Assembly: GCA_965214705.1 (NCBI GenBank)
Contig: CBDCCI010000002.1
Span: 1,600,001-1,664,000 of the forward strand
Length of the DNA stretch: 64,000 bases
DNA from: Alphaproteobacteria bacterium
Lineage (GTDB): Bacteria > Pseudomonadota > Alphaproteobacteria > UBA828
Direction: 5' to 3'
Below, in pieces: positions 50,376-60,671 of the stretch. The translations under genes and the position numbers were made by a program. Under the pieces are notes generated by a model. It was not told the DNA's origin. It worked only from the letters and a program-made list of their open reading frames with translations, and searched no databases. The first letter of the stretch is position 1; each line of letters starts with the position of its first letter.

Positions 50376-52364
50376 CCGCATCCTGCATGTCTCGATCGGA
50401 CCGGTGCAGGGCTTCGTCGCCCAGGCGCGGCGCACGCGGGACTTGTGGGCCGGGTCGTTTCTGCTGTCGTGGCTGGCGGGGCAGCTGATGGCCGCGACGC
50501 TGCGCCAGGACGGTCGGATTCTCTTCCCAGTGGTCGGTACGGAACGAGAGCCGGAGGACCCGACGCTGGCCGCCATTCTCGGGCGGCCGCTGTCTGGCGA
50601 ACCGCCGCGTATCGGTAGCCTGCCCAACCGCTTCAAGGCGTCGGTCCCGGACGCGTTCGACCCCAAGGCAGTGGCAGACGAGACGCGGCAGAAGTGGCGC
50701 GAGTTGGCGGAGTGCGTATGGCAGCGTTTCGTCGCCGGCACGGCTGATCGCGGGCACGATACCCGCGTTATCTGGAACCGCCAGGTCGAGGGATTCTGGG
50801 ACATCCAGTGGGTGACGGGCGCCGACCCCGGCAACGGGAGTGACGCTGCTTGGCTCGACCGGCGCAAGAACTGGCGATCTCACTGGCCGCCCGAAGAAGG
50901 CGGCGACCACTGCACGACGATGGGCGAGCGGCAGGAACTGTCGGGTTTCGTCCGCGGCCGTGAGCGGCATGCCCAGGACGCTTTTTGGGGCGCATTGCGG
51001 CAGCGGACCGGGCGGCTCGATCTTCGCGACGGCGAGCGCCTCTGCGCGGTTGCGCTGGTCAAGCGCCTGTTCCCCAAGCTCGAACCGACGGAACTGGAGC
51101 GGACCGTCGGCTGGAGGATCAGTGCGGCGAACTGGCCCTCGACCGCCTATATGGCGGCGGTGCCCTGGCTCGCCCATGTCGCCGCTGCCCCCTGAGCGCC
51201 GTGCGAAACTTCAGGAATACGTTAAAGCTGTCCGCGACGCCGTAGGCCCGGCGATCTTCGGCAAGCTGAGCGGCGAGCGCGCCGCGCGGCTGCCCGGGCT
51301 TGCCCCGCTTGGCGCCGCCGCGGATCTGGACGGCAACCTGTTTCTCGAAGCCGCGCTGGCGAACCCGCGCGCGACACCATTGAGCGACGACGCACACCCG
51401 CCCGGCGAAGCCGATGCCAAAGACGACCCGGACGCGGCGCTTCGCGAGCGGTTGTCGAGTGCTTTGCACGAACTCAGCGAGACGGTCGGCGCCGCACAGC
51501 CGTTCTATGCATTGCTGCTGATGGACGGTGACCGACTCGGCAAGTTGTTGCGAAAGAACGGCGAAGAACGGGTTTCCGAGGCGTTGGCGGAATTTGTTCG
51601 CCGCGTCCCCGACATCGTTCACGATAACGACTGATGACGACCGTCTATGCTGGCGGCGACGATGTCTTGGCGATGCTGCCCGTCGATCGGGATCGAGCGA
51701 TCGCGGTGTGACCGTCTATGCTGGCGGCGACGATGTCTTGGCGATGCTGCCCGTCGATCAAGCGATCGATTGCGCGACTGCATTGCGCCGTGTCTACGGC
51801 AAAGTGTTTGCGAGTCGGGCTTTCAAGAAAGGCGACAAGGAGGGCGCATCCGCCACCGCGTCGTGCGCCATTGTCTTCGCGCATTATCGCAATCCGCTAC
51901 GCGAAGTACTGGCGCTGGCTCACAGGGAACTCGACGAGACGGCCAAGGAAAGAAACGGGCGCGACTCCCTCACGCTCGCCGTCGTGCTGCCCGGCGGCGT
52001 CAACCATCGTTGGGTCGCACGTTTCGGAGAGGCGCCGGAGGCGCTTGCGGCGCTCTGGCGGAAGCATTTTCCGGCGAGCTTCTTGTACAATTTGCGTCGA
52101 CGCTACGACGTCCTGATCGGCGATCTCGACCCGGGCGACCGACGCGCCGTCGTTCTGGCCGAATACGTCAAGGGCGCGCCACCGAAAACCGAGGACGGAC
52201 ATGCACGCGCCGAAGCCGCGGTGGACGGGCTGCTTGCCGCCTGCACCACGCTTCGCGGGGACGACGCGCCCGACGAGGGTGGGGCGTTCCGTCTCGATGG
52301 CGCATTCATCGCCCGCTTTCTGGCGGAAACCTGCGACTTCGAACGCGCGGCGACGCCATCATGA
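50368..52364 (+). pseudogene. cas10: Type III-B Cas10/Cmr2 (no HD domain), disrupted twice
   Basis: SIGPVQGFVAQARRTRDLWAGSFLLS, LCAVALVKR, YALLLMDGDRLG, VYAGGDD; +1 frameshift in the C5 run at 51188-51192 and a 73-nt insertion at 51632-51704. Confidence 0.9.
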
Positions 52365-53500
52365 CCTTTGTTTGTTTCGAGCCCGTGGATACGCTTTTCT
52401 TCCGTGACGGGCGGCCGTACGAACAGGGAGAGGCGAGCCAGGCGGGAGTCGTGAGCGGATTTCCGCCGTCGCCGCCGACCCTCGTCGGAGCGGTCCGCGC
52501 CGGCCTCGCTCGATCCATGGGTTGGAAGCGCGGCGGCTGGAGTGCCGACATATGCGCGCGGCTGGGAAACGGTGCCGACCTCGGCCCCCTCCGGTTCCGT
52601 GGGCCGATCCTGACCAGAAACGGCGAAAACCTGTTCCCCGCTCCGGCGCATCTGATGGGCGCGGCGCCGCGCGAAGAAGAGGACTTTCCGGGGTCGCTGA
52701 CCTTCCTGTCTCCCGGCCGCGGCTTGATCTGCGATCTCGGGCCCGACGCCCCGTTGCCGTCCGCCCCGGATGCCGCGGAAGGCGTCAAGCCGCTGCTTGA
52801 TCAGGGCTGGTGGATCACCGCGTCGGGACTTGCGGCGGTTCTGCGAGACGACCCTCCTGCCCCCGAAGATTTGGTTCACCGCCGTGAATTATGGAGGGAG
52901 GAGCCGAGGGTCGGCATCCGCCGCTCGAAAGGTACGCGCGTCATAGCCGAAGGTGCGCTGTATTCTCCGAGCCACATTCGCCTTGGACGCGGGATTGCGT
53001 TGACGATCGAAGCCCACGGGTTGCCGCCGGATCATGTCGGCGTCCTGTCCGGGCGGCCGCACCCCGTGGGAGGGGAAGCGCGCGCATGCTGGCTGCGCTT
53101 CGTCGAGGGGCGGCTGTCTTTTCCCGCACCGCCCGATCTGCGAGCCGCGCGGGGATCGCTTCTCTACGCCGCGACCATTCTGACACCCACCGATATGAAG
53201 GCACCGCCGCGCCCTGGGGAGCGCGGATATGCAGGGCTGCCCGGCCGCATCGTCAGCGCCTGTCTGCCTCGTCCGACCCTCGTCGGCGGCTGGGACTCGC
53301 AAGCGGGAAGACCGTTGCCGTTGCGTCCCTATCTTTCGCCCGGCAGCGTGCTGTTCCTGGAGGCCGAACGAGACGACGCATCCCGGGTCGAGGCCTTGCA
53401 CGGTGCCGCCATCGGCGCGCGCGCCGCCTGGGGCTTCGGGCTCGTCGCGGTCGGGCATTGGAAGCGCAGAAATGACCGAACCGGGGAGCCGCCGCAATGA
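52361..53500 (+). CDS. cmr3: Type III-B CRISPR protein Cmr3
   Basis: EPVDTLFFRDGRPY, PPSPPTLVGAVR, VGGEAR, GGWD...PGSVLF, WGFG. Confidence 0.93.
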   Translation: MTFVCFEPVDTLFFRDGRPYEQGEASQAGVVSGFPPSPPTLVGAVRAGLARSMGWKRGGWSADICARLGNGADLGPLRFRGPILTRNGENLFPAPAHLMGAAPREEEDFPGSLTFLSPGRGLICDLGPDAPLPSAPDAAEGVKPLLDQGWWITASGLAAVLRDDPPAPEDLVHRRELWREEPRVGIRRSKGTRVIAEGALYSPSHIRLGRGIALTIEAHGLPPDHVGVLSGRPHPVGGEARACWLRFVEGRLSFPAPPDLRAARGSLLYAATILTPTDMKAPPRPGERGYAGLPGRIVSACLPRPTLVGGWDSQAGRPLPLRPYLSPGSVLFLEAERDDASRVEALHGAAIGARAAWGFGLVAVGHWKRRNDRTGEPPQ

Positions 53501-54339
53501 ACCATGCGCTGCTCGGCCTTCTGGCCGAAACCTTTGTCCATCCCGGCGCCGGCCAGAGCGGCGGCGCCATCGACCTGCCGGTCGCGCGCGAGGCGGCGAC
53601 CGATTATCCCTTCATCCCCGGTTCCGGCCTGAAGGGCGCGTTGCGCGATGCCGTGGGGCAGAACCTGGGGCCGGAAGAGCGGGATCGGGTGTTCGGCAAA
53701 CCCGACCGGGCCGGCGCCTTGCTGGTCTCCGACGCGCGGCTGCTCCTGCTTCCGGTCCGCAGTCTGACGGGCGCCTACCGCTGGGCGACGTGCCGCCATC
53801 TGCTGGAGCGGTTGGCGCGCGATCGACGCCGTGCCGACTTCGCAAACGCACCGGCAACTCCAGAAAGTCTGCCCGATGTCGAGCCATACTGCTATGTTGC
53901 CGCGTCGGTAGCGGAAGGCAGCGACAAGCTCTATCTGGAGGAACGCAGTTTCCGCGCCATGCCGTCGGCCGGCGCCGGTCTGAGCGGCTGGATCGACGTC
54001 ATCGCCGACCTGATTGCCGATCACGCTGCACGCGAGCGGCTGACCCGGCAACTGGTTCTGCTGTGCGACGACGATTTCTGCTGGTTCGCCCGCAACGGTC
54101 TCTCCGTCCAGGCGCGCAACGTGCTCGACGAGCACAAGAGAAGCGAAAACCTCTGGTATGAGGAGACCTTGCCGCCGGATACGTTGATGTACACGCTCCT
54201 CGCGGAACGGGAGTCCGAAGCCGGCGGTGTGGAGGCGGTCGGCGCGGCGTTCGCGCGCCGGCCCTACATCCAGGTCGGCGGCAACGAGACTGTCGGCCAA
54301 GGTTGGTTGCATACGGCTTGGCGGGAGACGGGCGGATGA
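53497..54339 (+). CDS. cmr4: Type III-B CRISPR RAMP protein Cmr4
   Basis: HPGAG...IDLPVARE (catalytic Asp present), IPGSGLKGALR, LWYEETLP, QVGGNETVGQG. Confidence 0.95.
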   Translation: MNHALLGLLAETFVHPGAGQSGGAIDLPVAREAATDYPFIPGSGLKGALRDAVGQNLGPEERDRVFGKPDRAGALLVSDARLLLLPVRSLTGAYRWATCRHLLERLARDRRRADFANAPATPESLPDVEPYCYVAASVAEGSDKLYLEERSFRAMPSAGAGLSGWIDVIADLIADHAARERLTRQLVLLCDDDFCWFARNGLSVQARNVLDEHKRSENLWYEETLPPDTLMYTLLAERESEAGGVEAVGAAFARRPYIQVGGNETVGQGWLHTAWRETGG

Positions 54340-54755
54340 CCGCCCGCAGCCTCGACCAGCGCCGCGCCGCACACGCGTTGGGTCGGATCAGGAAACGGCA
54401 GGCTCACCCGAAACAGTCCGACTACTTGGCCTACGTCAAGGCGTTGCCGGCATCGATCCTGCAAAACGGGTTCGGGCAGGCGATGGCGACCCTGCGCGCG
54501 GCGGCGAAGTCGGAGGACCGCAGCGATCCGCATCTTCTTCTGTATCAGGATGTGCAGGACTGGCTGTGCGGCGGCGATGAGGATGCGCCCTATCGAAACG
54601 CGCGGGATCTGTTCGAAGCCATCGTCGGCAACGACCAACGAACTTATCTGCGCGCGCACGCCGAGGCGCAGAGCTATCTCGACTGGTTGAAGAAGTTTGC
54701 CGCCGCTTGGCTGAAGCCGTCTCCGAAACAGTCTTCGGAAGAAGGCGGCCAATGA
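54336..54755 (+). CDS. cmr5: Type III-B small subunit Cmr5
   Basis: SLDQRRAAHA, LPASILQNGFGQA, WLKKFA. Confidence 0.93.
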   Translation: MTARSLDQRRAAHALGRIRKRQAHPKQSDYLAYVKALPASILQNGFGQAMATLRAAAKSEDRSDPHLLLYQDVQDWLCGGDEDAPYRNARDLFEAIVGNDQRTYLRAHAEAQSYLDWLKKFAAAWLKPSPKQSSEEGGQ

Positions 54756-55756
54756 ACAAGCGGCCGCTATACTACGGTGCCGATATACTTTCCCTGCCGG
54801 ACGGCGGCAATGCCGGGCTGTGGTACGACAAATTTTGCTGTTCCTGGACGAGCCTGTCTGCGCGCGACGCCGATTTCAACAAGGCGAAATGGGTCGGCGA
54901 CGCCACCGGACCGTGCGGAGATCCGGATGAACTCCAGCGCCGGGCCGAACGGCAGAGCGCTATGATCGAGCATCTGAACGGCCGGTGTCTCGACCTTCAG
55001 GCCACCGGTCCTTTCGTTGCCGGTCTCGGCCGCGCGCACCCGGTGAAGAACGGGTTTCTGTGGCATCACGGTCTCGGCGTTCCCTATCTGCCTGGCCCGT
55101 CGGTGAAGGGCGCGGTCAGTGCCTGGGCCAAGCGGTGGAAAGCGGAGGACGACGTGGTTTGCCGCCGTACTCTCGGGTCGGAAGGGCAGGTCGGCGACGT
55201 GATCTTCTTCGACGCCCTGCCGACAAGGCCGGTTGTGTTGAAGGCTGATGTCATAACCCCACACTATGGCGACTATGATCGGGAGGGCAAGCCGCCGGGG
55301 GATTGGATCTCGCCGGTTCCGATATCGTTCCTCTCGGTCGCTGCGAGAGCTATCTTCCGCTTCGCTGTTGCGCCGCGGGGGCAATCCGGCGAAGCGTCGT
55401 GCGATACGGTGTGCCGTTGGCTCGAAGACGCGCTGGAATGGCTGGGTGCAGGTGCTCGCACCGCGGTCGGTTACGGACGCTTCGACAAGGCTCGGCCGGC
55501 CCCTCCCCGCGAATTCGAAAAGGGAGACGAGGTCGAGGCGACCTTGTTCAAGGACGCCAAAGGTCGTTGGTGTGGGCGTACCGGAGACGGGCGGGAAGGA
55601 ACGGTGTTTTCCGCCGGTCCGGTACCGGACGACGCGGTCGACGGTGAGACGAGACCGCTTTATGTGCGCGTCGTTCGGCCCCTTCAATTCCAGTGGGAGA
55701 AGCCCGGACCGAAATCGCAGCCCCGGCAATCTCCGAGAAGATCACAGCGCCGTTGA
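54752..55756 (+). CDS. cmr6: Type III-B CRISPR RAMP protein Cmr6 with a C-terminal extension
   Basis: GLGRAHP, GVPYLPG.SVKG, FFDALP, DVITPHY, GAGARTAVGYG. Confidence 0.92.
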   Translation: MNKRPLYYGADILSLPDGGNAGLWYDKFCCSWTSLSARDADFNKAKWVGDATGPCGDPDELQRRAERQSAMIEHLNGRCLDLQATGPFVAGLGRAHPVKNGFLWHHGLGVPYLPGPSVKGAVSAWAKRWKAEDDVVCRRTLGSEGQVGDVIFFDALPTRPVVLKADVITPHYGDYDREGKPPGDWISPVPISFLSVAARAIFRFAVAPRGQSGEASCDTVCRWLEDALEWLGAGARTAVGYGRFDKARPAPPREFEKGDEVEATLFKDAKGRWCGRTGDGREGTVFSAGPVPDDAVDGETRPLYVRVVRPLQFQWEKPGPKSQPRQSPRRSQRR

Positions 55757-55772
55757 TGCATGAAGGCGCGCC

Positions 55773-57110
55773 ATGTCACAACCGCAGACCGCGCATAACC
55801 TGTTGATCGCGACTGTCGGCGGCAGGCCGGAACCTTTGGTCGCCTCGATCGCTCACTGGCGGCCCGACCGGGTTCTATTCGTGCCTTCGTGCGGTACCGT
55901 GGGTCAGATTGCCGATATTCGGAATCTGATGGGCAAGAAGGATTACGATTTGGCCGAAGGAGCATACGATACGGTCCCGCTATCGGACCCTCAGGACTTC
56001 TTGCAATGCGTGCGGGAGATGCGCGCCGAATTGGAGTCGCGTGTCCTCCAATGGCGCGGGCGCGGCGAGGGATATGATTGCATAGTGGATTTTACCGGCG
56101 GCACAAAATGCATGAGCGCCGCTCTCTCCCTGGTCGCGCGGCCGTGGCCGAACTCCCGATTCTCGTATGTCGGCGGCGTCGAACGCGACCGAAACAACAT
56201 GGGCGTCGTCGTCTCCGGCAGCGAGCAGGTCGTACACGCAGCTAATCCGTGGGACGCGCTCGGTTATCAGGCGGTCGAGGATGCCGTGGCGGCATTCGAC
56301 AGACACGCTATCGGCGAAGGCGCTCAACTGCTTCGGGACGCCTTGAAGCGGATTTCGGATAACGGATCCCGCAAGAGCGAGCTTAACGTTCTTGCCACAT
56401 TCATGGATGCTTACGATCTCTGGAGCCGGTCGGAGTACGGGAAGGCTTTCGAGAGGTTTGGGCAATGCGAAAGCCGCCTGAACGATCTGGCCGCAGCCCT
56501 CCACCCGACTCCGAAGAGTCGACTGAAAGATCACATCGATGAGGCAAGAACCCGCTTAGAAGGCCTGAAGCGAGGTTTCGACCATCCGACGCGAGCATTG
56601 CTCGAAGACCTGATCTCCGATGCCAAACGGCGTCAGCGGGAAGGCCGTCACGTAGATGCCGTGGCCCGGCTCTACCGCGCGGTCGAGGCGACGGCCCAAC
56701 TGCGCTTGTGGGAAAAGTACGAGATCCGCACTTCCAGCGTACCATTGAAAAAGCTGCCGCAACCCATGCGCGAACGCTTGAAAGCTCAAGCTGAAGACGG
56801 GACATTGAAGCTTGCACTGCAGGAGTCCTTCGAGTTGTTACGACGTTGGCAGGATCCCTTGGGTGAACGCTTCGTCGAACTGGGCTGGCATAGTCGTGGT
56901 TCGCCGCTGATCCGGCGCAACGAGTCGATCGCGGGGCACGGTTTTGCACCCGTATCGCCGGAAACATCCGTCCAACTGTGGGAAGGAGCGTTGTCGCTGG
57001 CGGAATTGGCCGATAAAGACGTCTTCCAGTTTCCACAGCTTGGTCGACAGCCCGACGCGGCGCTTCAACGAGGCCGGGGCGACAATGCCCCGGAATTTCG
57101 CGGGCGCTGA
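55773..57110 (+). CDS. CARF-HEPN ancillary nuclease (TIGR02710/Csm6-like)
   Basis: CARF motifs ATVGGRPEPL and DFTGGTKCMSAAL; DAVARLYRAVE; HEPN-like RNESIAGHG. Confidence 0.88.
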   Translation: MSQPQTAHNLLIATVGGRPEPLVASIAHWRPDRVLFVPSCGTVGQIADIRNLMGKKDYDLAEGAYDTVPLSDPQDFLQCVREMRAELESRVLQWRGRGEGYDCIVDFTGGTKCMSAALSLVARPWPNSRFSYVGGVERDRNNMGVVVSGSEQVVHAANPWDALGYQAVEDAVAAFDRHAIGEGAQLLRDALKRISDNGSRKSELNVLATFMDAYDLWSRSEYGKAFERFGQCESRLNDLAAALHPTPKSRLKDHIDEARTRLEGLKRGFDHPTRALLEDLISDAKRRQREGRHVDAVARLYRAVEATAQLRLWEKYEIRTSSVPLKKLPQPMRERLKAQAEDGTLKLALQESFELLRRWQDPLGERFVELGWHSRGSPLIRRNESIAGHGFAPVSPETSVQLWEGALSLAELADKDVFQFPQLGRQPDAALQRGRGDNAPEFRGR

Positions 57111-58447
57111 TTCATTCCTGCGCTACTAGAGCCGGCTTCAATGAGGCCAGGGCGACAATGCCCCGGAATTCGTATTCCTCCAGAAGGCTTATCCCTCTGG
57201 CTCCGGTTCCCCAACATGTTGTACCGGCCACCTCGGCGGCGGTATCCGACACGGTCGCAGTTCCTTCCGTGTCTCAATGGGTTGCCCGTAAAGTGCCCAG
57301 CGATCCGGCACCCCACATATGGAGAAGCCGGATGTAAGGGGATAAGCCTTTCCTCCAGATCGTCGGAGCCGATGCTATCGACGCTTCAATGAGGCCGGGG
57401 CGACAAAGCCCCGGAATTCCTGATGCGGAGGAATTTCCAGGCATGGCTGATCGCGGCTTCAATGAGGCCGGGGCGACAAAGCCCCGGAATTCCTTCAAGG
57501 AAGCGCCCCCGTGCCTACAGGTATTGAGCGCTTCAATGAGGCCGGGGCGACAAAGCCCCGGAATTCGAACTGGTAGCGCAATACCTTAGGTGCATGAACC
57601 AGCTTCAATGAGGCCGGGGCGACAAAGCCCCGGAATTGGTTTGGCCTGAGTGGGTACGGCCCAGCACACTGGCGCTTCAATGAGGCCGGGGCGACAAAGC
57701 CCCGGAATTGGCCCTTGGGTGCTACGGGTACTGGTGGCTAGGCTACCGCTTCAATGAGGCCGGGGCGACAAAGCCCCGGAATTTTCGAGGTTGCGGCAGA
57801 GATGTGGCAGTTCGTGGAGGTGCTTCAATGAGGCCGGGGCGACAAAGCCCCGGAATTGAGCGGGGTTGGGTTGGGCTGGGCCGGCTTGGCGCGTTGCTTC
57901 AATGAGGCCGGGGCGACAAAGCCCCGGAATTCATCCAGGGGATATCTGAGGCGATCCAGTTTTTGATCCAGCTTCAATGAGGCCGGGGCGACAAAGCCCC
58001 GGAATTCGGCCCAGAGCCCGAGCTACTTCCTCGACCAGGCCCGGCTTCAATGAGGCCGGGGCGACAAAGCCCCGGAATTCACTGGGATGGTCAGAGCTCA
58101 GCGACATAGTATACGCGCGCTTCAATGAGGCCGGGGCGACAAAGCCCCGGAATTTAGACGCGCGTATTAATGTTCGGCGTCTGCTCGAACGCTTCAATGA
58201 GGCCGGGGCGACAAAGCCCCGGAATTCGAGATGGACCGTGCCTATCTCGATTGGATAGGCGACCAGCTTCAATGAGGCCGGGGCGACAAAGCCCCGGAAT
58301 TCCATTTTGGGACTATGCTGCGGCGGGCCGAGGAAAGTGGCTTCAATGAGGCCGGGGCGACAAAGCCCCGGAATTGGCCCGGTTAGATCGCCACAATCGG
58401 CGCGCTCGAGCGCTTCAATGAGGCCGGGGCGACAAAGCCCCGGAATT
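57062..58447 (-). CRISPR. CRISPR array: 17 repeats of 36 bp, 16 spacers (36-39 bp; one expanded to 212 bp by a MITE)
   Basis: Repeat on + strand GCTTCAATGAGGCCGGGGCGACAAAGCCCCGGAATT, starting at 57062, 57135, 57383, 57456 ... 58412. The two leftmost copies are mutated (trailer end). On the minus strand it ends ATTGAAGC. Confidence 0.98.
57184..57350. mobile_element. MITE (about 167 bp) inserted in a CRISPR spacer
   Basis: TIR AAGGCTTATCCC/GGGATAAGCCTT, extending imperfectly to about 35 bp; TSD TCCTCCAG (or TTCCTCCAGA with ends shifted 1 nt). Removal gives a 37-bp spacer. Confidence 0.9.
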
Positions 58448-58692
58448 CGCCTACGTTGCAACCTCCTGAGGCTTGGACTGAAATTCGCACGATTTCGAGC
58501 GGCTCGCCGCCAGCCGCCTCGAGACTACGGTCAGGTCCCGACTCGATGCCTTCACGATGTCAAAGAGCCCAACGAAATCAGAATTCAACGCCGAATCGAG
58601 CGCTCCCCGGCGCACCCTTACTGCCGCACCGCTCGAAATCGCGCGGCGGCAGGTATAGCCCACCCTCGGCACTCTACAGCCGGCGGGCAACA
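58448..58692 (-). promoter_or_regulatory. CRISPR leader
   Basis: Non-coding stretch between the cas2 stop and the intact end of the array. Confidence 0.75.
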
Positions 58693-58998
58693 TCATATCA
58701 CGACCGCCTCCCTCTCGATGACGCTGAAGGTCTTGCCGATGCTCTCGACCACGAGCGCGCTCCGGTCCGCTGGTCCGACATCGATCAGCAAGACGTGATC
58801 TTCCCCCGCCTTGACGAGCTCGCGAAGCTGCGTTTCCAGCTCAGCCCGCCGGCGCCGCGACAGGCGGCACTGGAAGACGGAGAGCTGAAGCCATTCGCCA
58901 AAGCCGTTCATGGTCTTGAAGACGCGACGCCAGCGCCGGGCATCGGCGATGTCGTAGGTGACAATGTAGGTCCTTTCGTCGCTCAAGGCGGGCCTCAC
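58693..58998 (-). CDS. cas2: CRISPR-associated endonuclease Cas2
   Basis: YIVTYDIADARRWRRVFK...GEWLQLSVF; GTGA overlap with the cas1 stop. Confidence 0.95.
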   Translation of the reverse strand: MRPALSDERTYIVTYDIADARRWRRVFKTMNGFGEWLQLSVFQCRLSRRRRAELETQLRELVKAGEDHVLLIDVGPADRSALVVESIGKTFSVIEREAVVI

Positions 58999-60671
58999 CG
59001 GGGCAGATAGTGGGGGCATGACGGCAACTCCCCTAGCAGGTGCCGGCCGAGCAGCCTTGCCTGCAACACCAGCAAGCGGCGCATGCTGAGATGGTAACCG
59101 AACAGCGGGTGTGTCGTCTCCTGCGAGAGTCGCCGCTCGAAGGCGGCGACGAAGCGGCGGCGGCCGGCCGCGCTGAGAGCGGTGCCGGTGGTGCCGGAAA
59201 CGAAATCGGTCGCCGAGACCTCGCCGGTATTGACCGCCGTGAGCACCACCGAATCGGCGATTACCGGCCGGAACGGCTCCATCAGATCGAGAGCCAGCGC
59301 CGGCCTGCCGTGGCGCAGGGCGTGAAACAGGCCGCGGTAAGGATCGAGGCCGACCGAGGCGAGTGCGACGGTCACGTGCCGTGTCAGCATCGCATAGGCC
59401 AGCGACAGCATTGCGTTCACCGGGTCGGTGGGCGGGCGGCGGTTGCGCGCTTCGAAGCGGAACGGTGCCAGATCCTCGACCCTGTTCTTCTCCGCTACGG
59501 GCGGTACCAGTAGCCCGGCGAAGGCACGGAAGTAGGTCGCGGCGGCATCGCCCTCGTAGCCTAGCAGCGCCGCAAGTGAAGACGCGCGCATCGTCCCACG
59601 GCGCACCGCGTCGAGCCGGTCCAGCACCGGCTTTCGCTCTTCCTTCGTCCCCCGCCAGTTGCGGCGCAGGATTGTCCGCTGGTTCACGATCTTGGCGGCG
59701 ACGAGGTCGCGCGCAAAGCGCAGGCAGGCGGCTTCGTCGAAGCTCACCCGGTACTGCGCGGTGCGCACCTCCACGTTGCGGCTGCCGAGGCCCTGGGTCA
59801 CGCCGCGAAACCAGCCGCCGTGACTGTGGAAGGTGACCGGAATGTCGCGCTCCATCAGTGCTGTGAGCGCGGGCGTGGTAATGGCGACGTTGCCGAAGAG
59901 CGCCACGTCGGAGATCTCGATCAGGCGCACCGTGGTGTCGCCCTGCTCCTCGTCGGCGATCTTGAGCGTATTGCCCGTCTTGGTGATGCGCGCCCGCTGC
60001 GACTGGACAACCAGCGGCAGCGCCTCGTCGGCCGGTACGGCGATGGGGCGGGGCGCAAGGTCCGAGCCGCCGAGCGCGTTCACCTCGTCCGGCAGGCAGA
60101 CCGAGACCAGTGCGCAGCGCGGGCACTTCGGGCTGTCCCGCAGCGGCGGCGGGATGCGGCCGTGGGCGACCGTGAGGCGCAACCGGCTCACCGCGTCGCG
60201 CGTCGCCTGCCGCAGCTCGTCGTCGAGAGCGACGCGCACCCGCTCACGGCTCTCGGCGTACCAGATCGCGCCTTCCTCTACGCGGTAGCCGTGCTCCTCC
60301 AGCAGTAGCGCCTGGAGGCAGACCTGGACGCGCTCCGGCTCGTAGGCGCCGCGCGCGACGTGGGGGCGCTTGCCGCGTTTGTAGTCGACCGGCGTCACCG
60401 CGCCGTCCTCGGCCTCGGCGACGTCGATCTTTGCGATCACGCCGAGCCGCTCCGATGAGAGGGTGAGCGCGCGGCTGGTGATCTTCTCCGGCGCGTCGTC
60501 CAACGCTTCGGGCGCAGGCAGAGGCGCGCCGGCACGGTCGACCCGGGCGTGGACGCGGCGCCCCTCCACCGTATCGCCGGTCTCCGCCCATTCCGCCTGC
60601 GCCCACATGAGATAGGAGAGGCGCGGGCAGTAGACGAACTCGTTCACCATCCGCGCCGGCACCAGCGGCAC
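58995..60671 (-). CDS. cas1: Cas4-Cas1 fusion (type I-G)
   Basis: Cas4 [23 protein letters not shown]; Cas1 [29 protein letters not shown]. The frame stays open to about 60725, so the start is uncertain. Confidence 0.95.
   Translation of the reverse strand: MPLVPARMVNEFVYCPRLSYLMWAQAEWAETGDTVEGRRVHARVDRAGAPLPAPEALDDAPEKITSRALTLSSERLGVIAKIDVAEAEDGAVTPVDYKRGKRPHVARGAYEPERVQVCLQALLLEEHGYRVEEGAIWYAESRERVRVALDDELRQATRDAVSRLRLTVAHGRIPPPLRDSPKCPRCALVSVCLPDEVNALGGSDLAPRPIAVPADEALPLVVQSQRARITKTGNTLKIADEEQGDTTVRLIEISDVALFGNVAITTPALTALMERDIPVTFHSHGGWFRGVTQGLGSRNVEVRTAQYRVSFDEAACLRFARDLVAAKIVNQRTILRRNWRGTKEERKPVLDRLDAVRRGTMRASSLAALLGYEGDAAATYFRAFAGLLVPPVAEKNRVEDLAPFRFEARNRRPPTDPVNAMLSLAYAMLTRHVTVALASVGLDPYRGLFHALRHGRPALALDLMEPFRPVIADSVVLTAVNTGEVSATDFVSGTTGTALSAAGRRRFVAAFERRLSQETTHPLFGYHLSMRRLLVLQARLLGRHLLGELPSCPHYLPR

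Noticed and set aside
46700-57110. CRISPR-associated transposon (RNA-guided integration)
   Set aside because: No TnsB, TnsC or TniQ; Cas3 and the adaptation genes are present; adjacency to integrases alone does not show guided integration.
57062-58447. Self-targeting spacers within the window
   Set aside because: None found by eye; a proper alignment is needed and the rest of the genome was not visible.
57141-58798. Repetitive small ORFs (MRPGRQSPGI, FRGFVAPASLK)
   Set aside because: Translations of CRISPR repeats.
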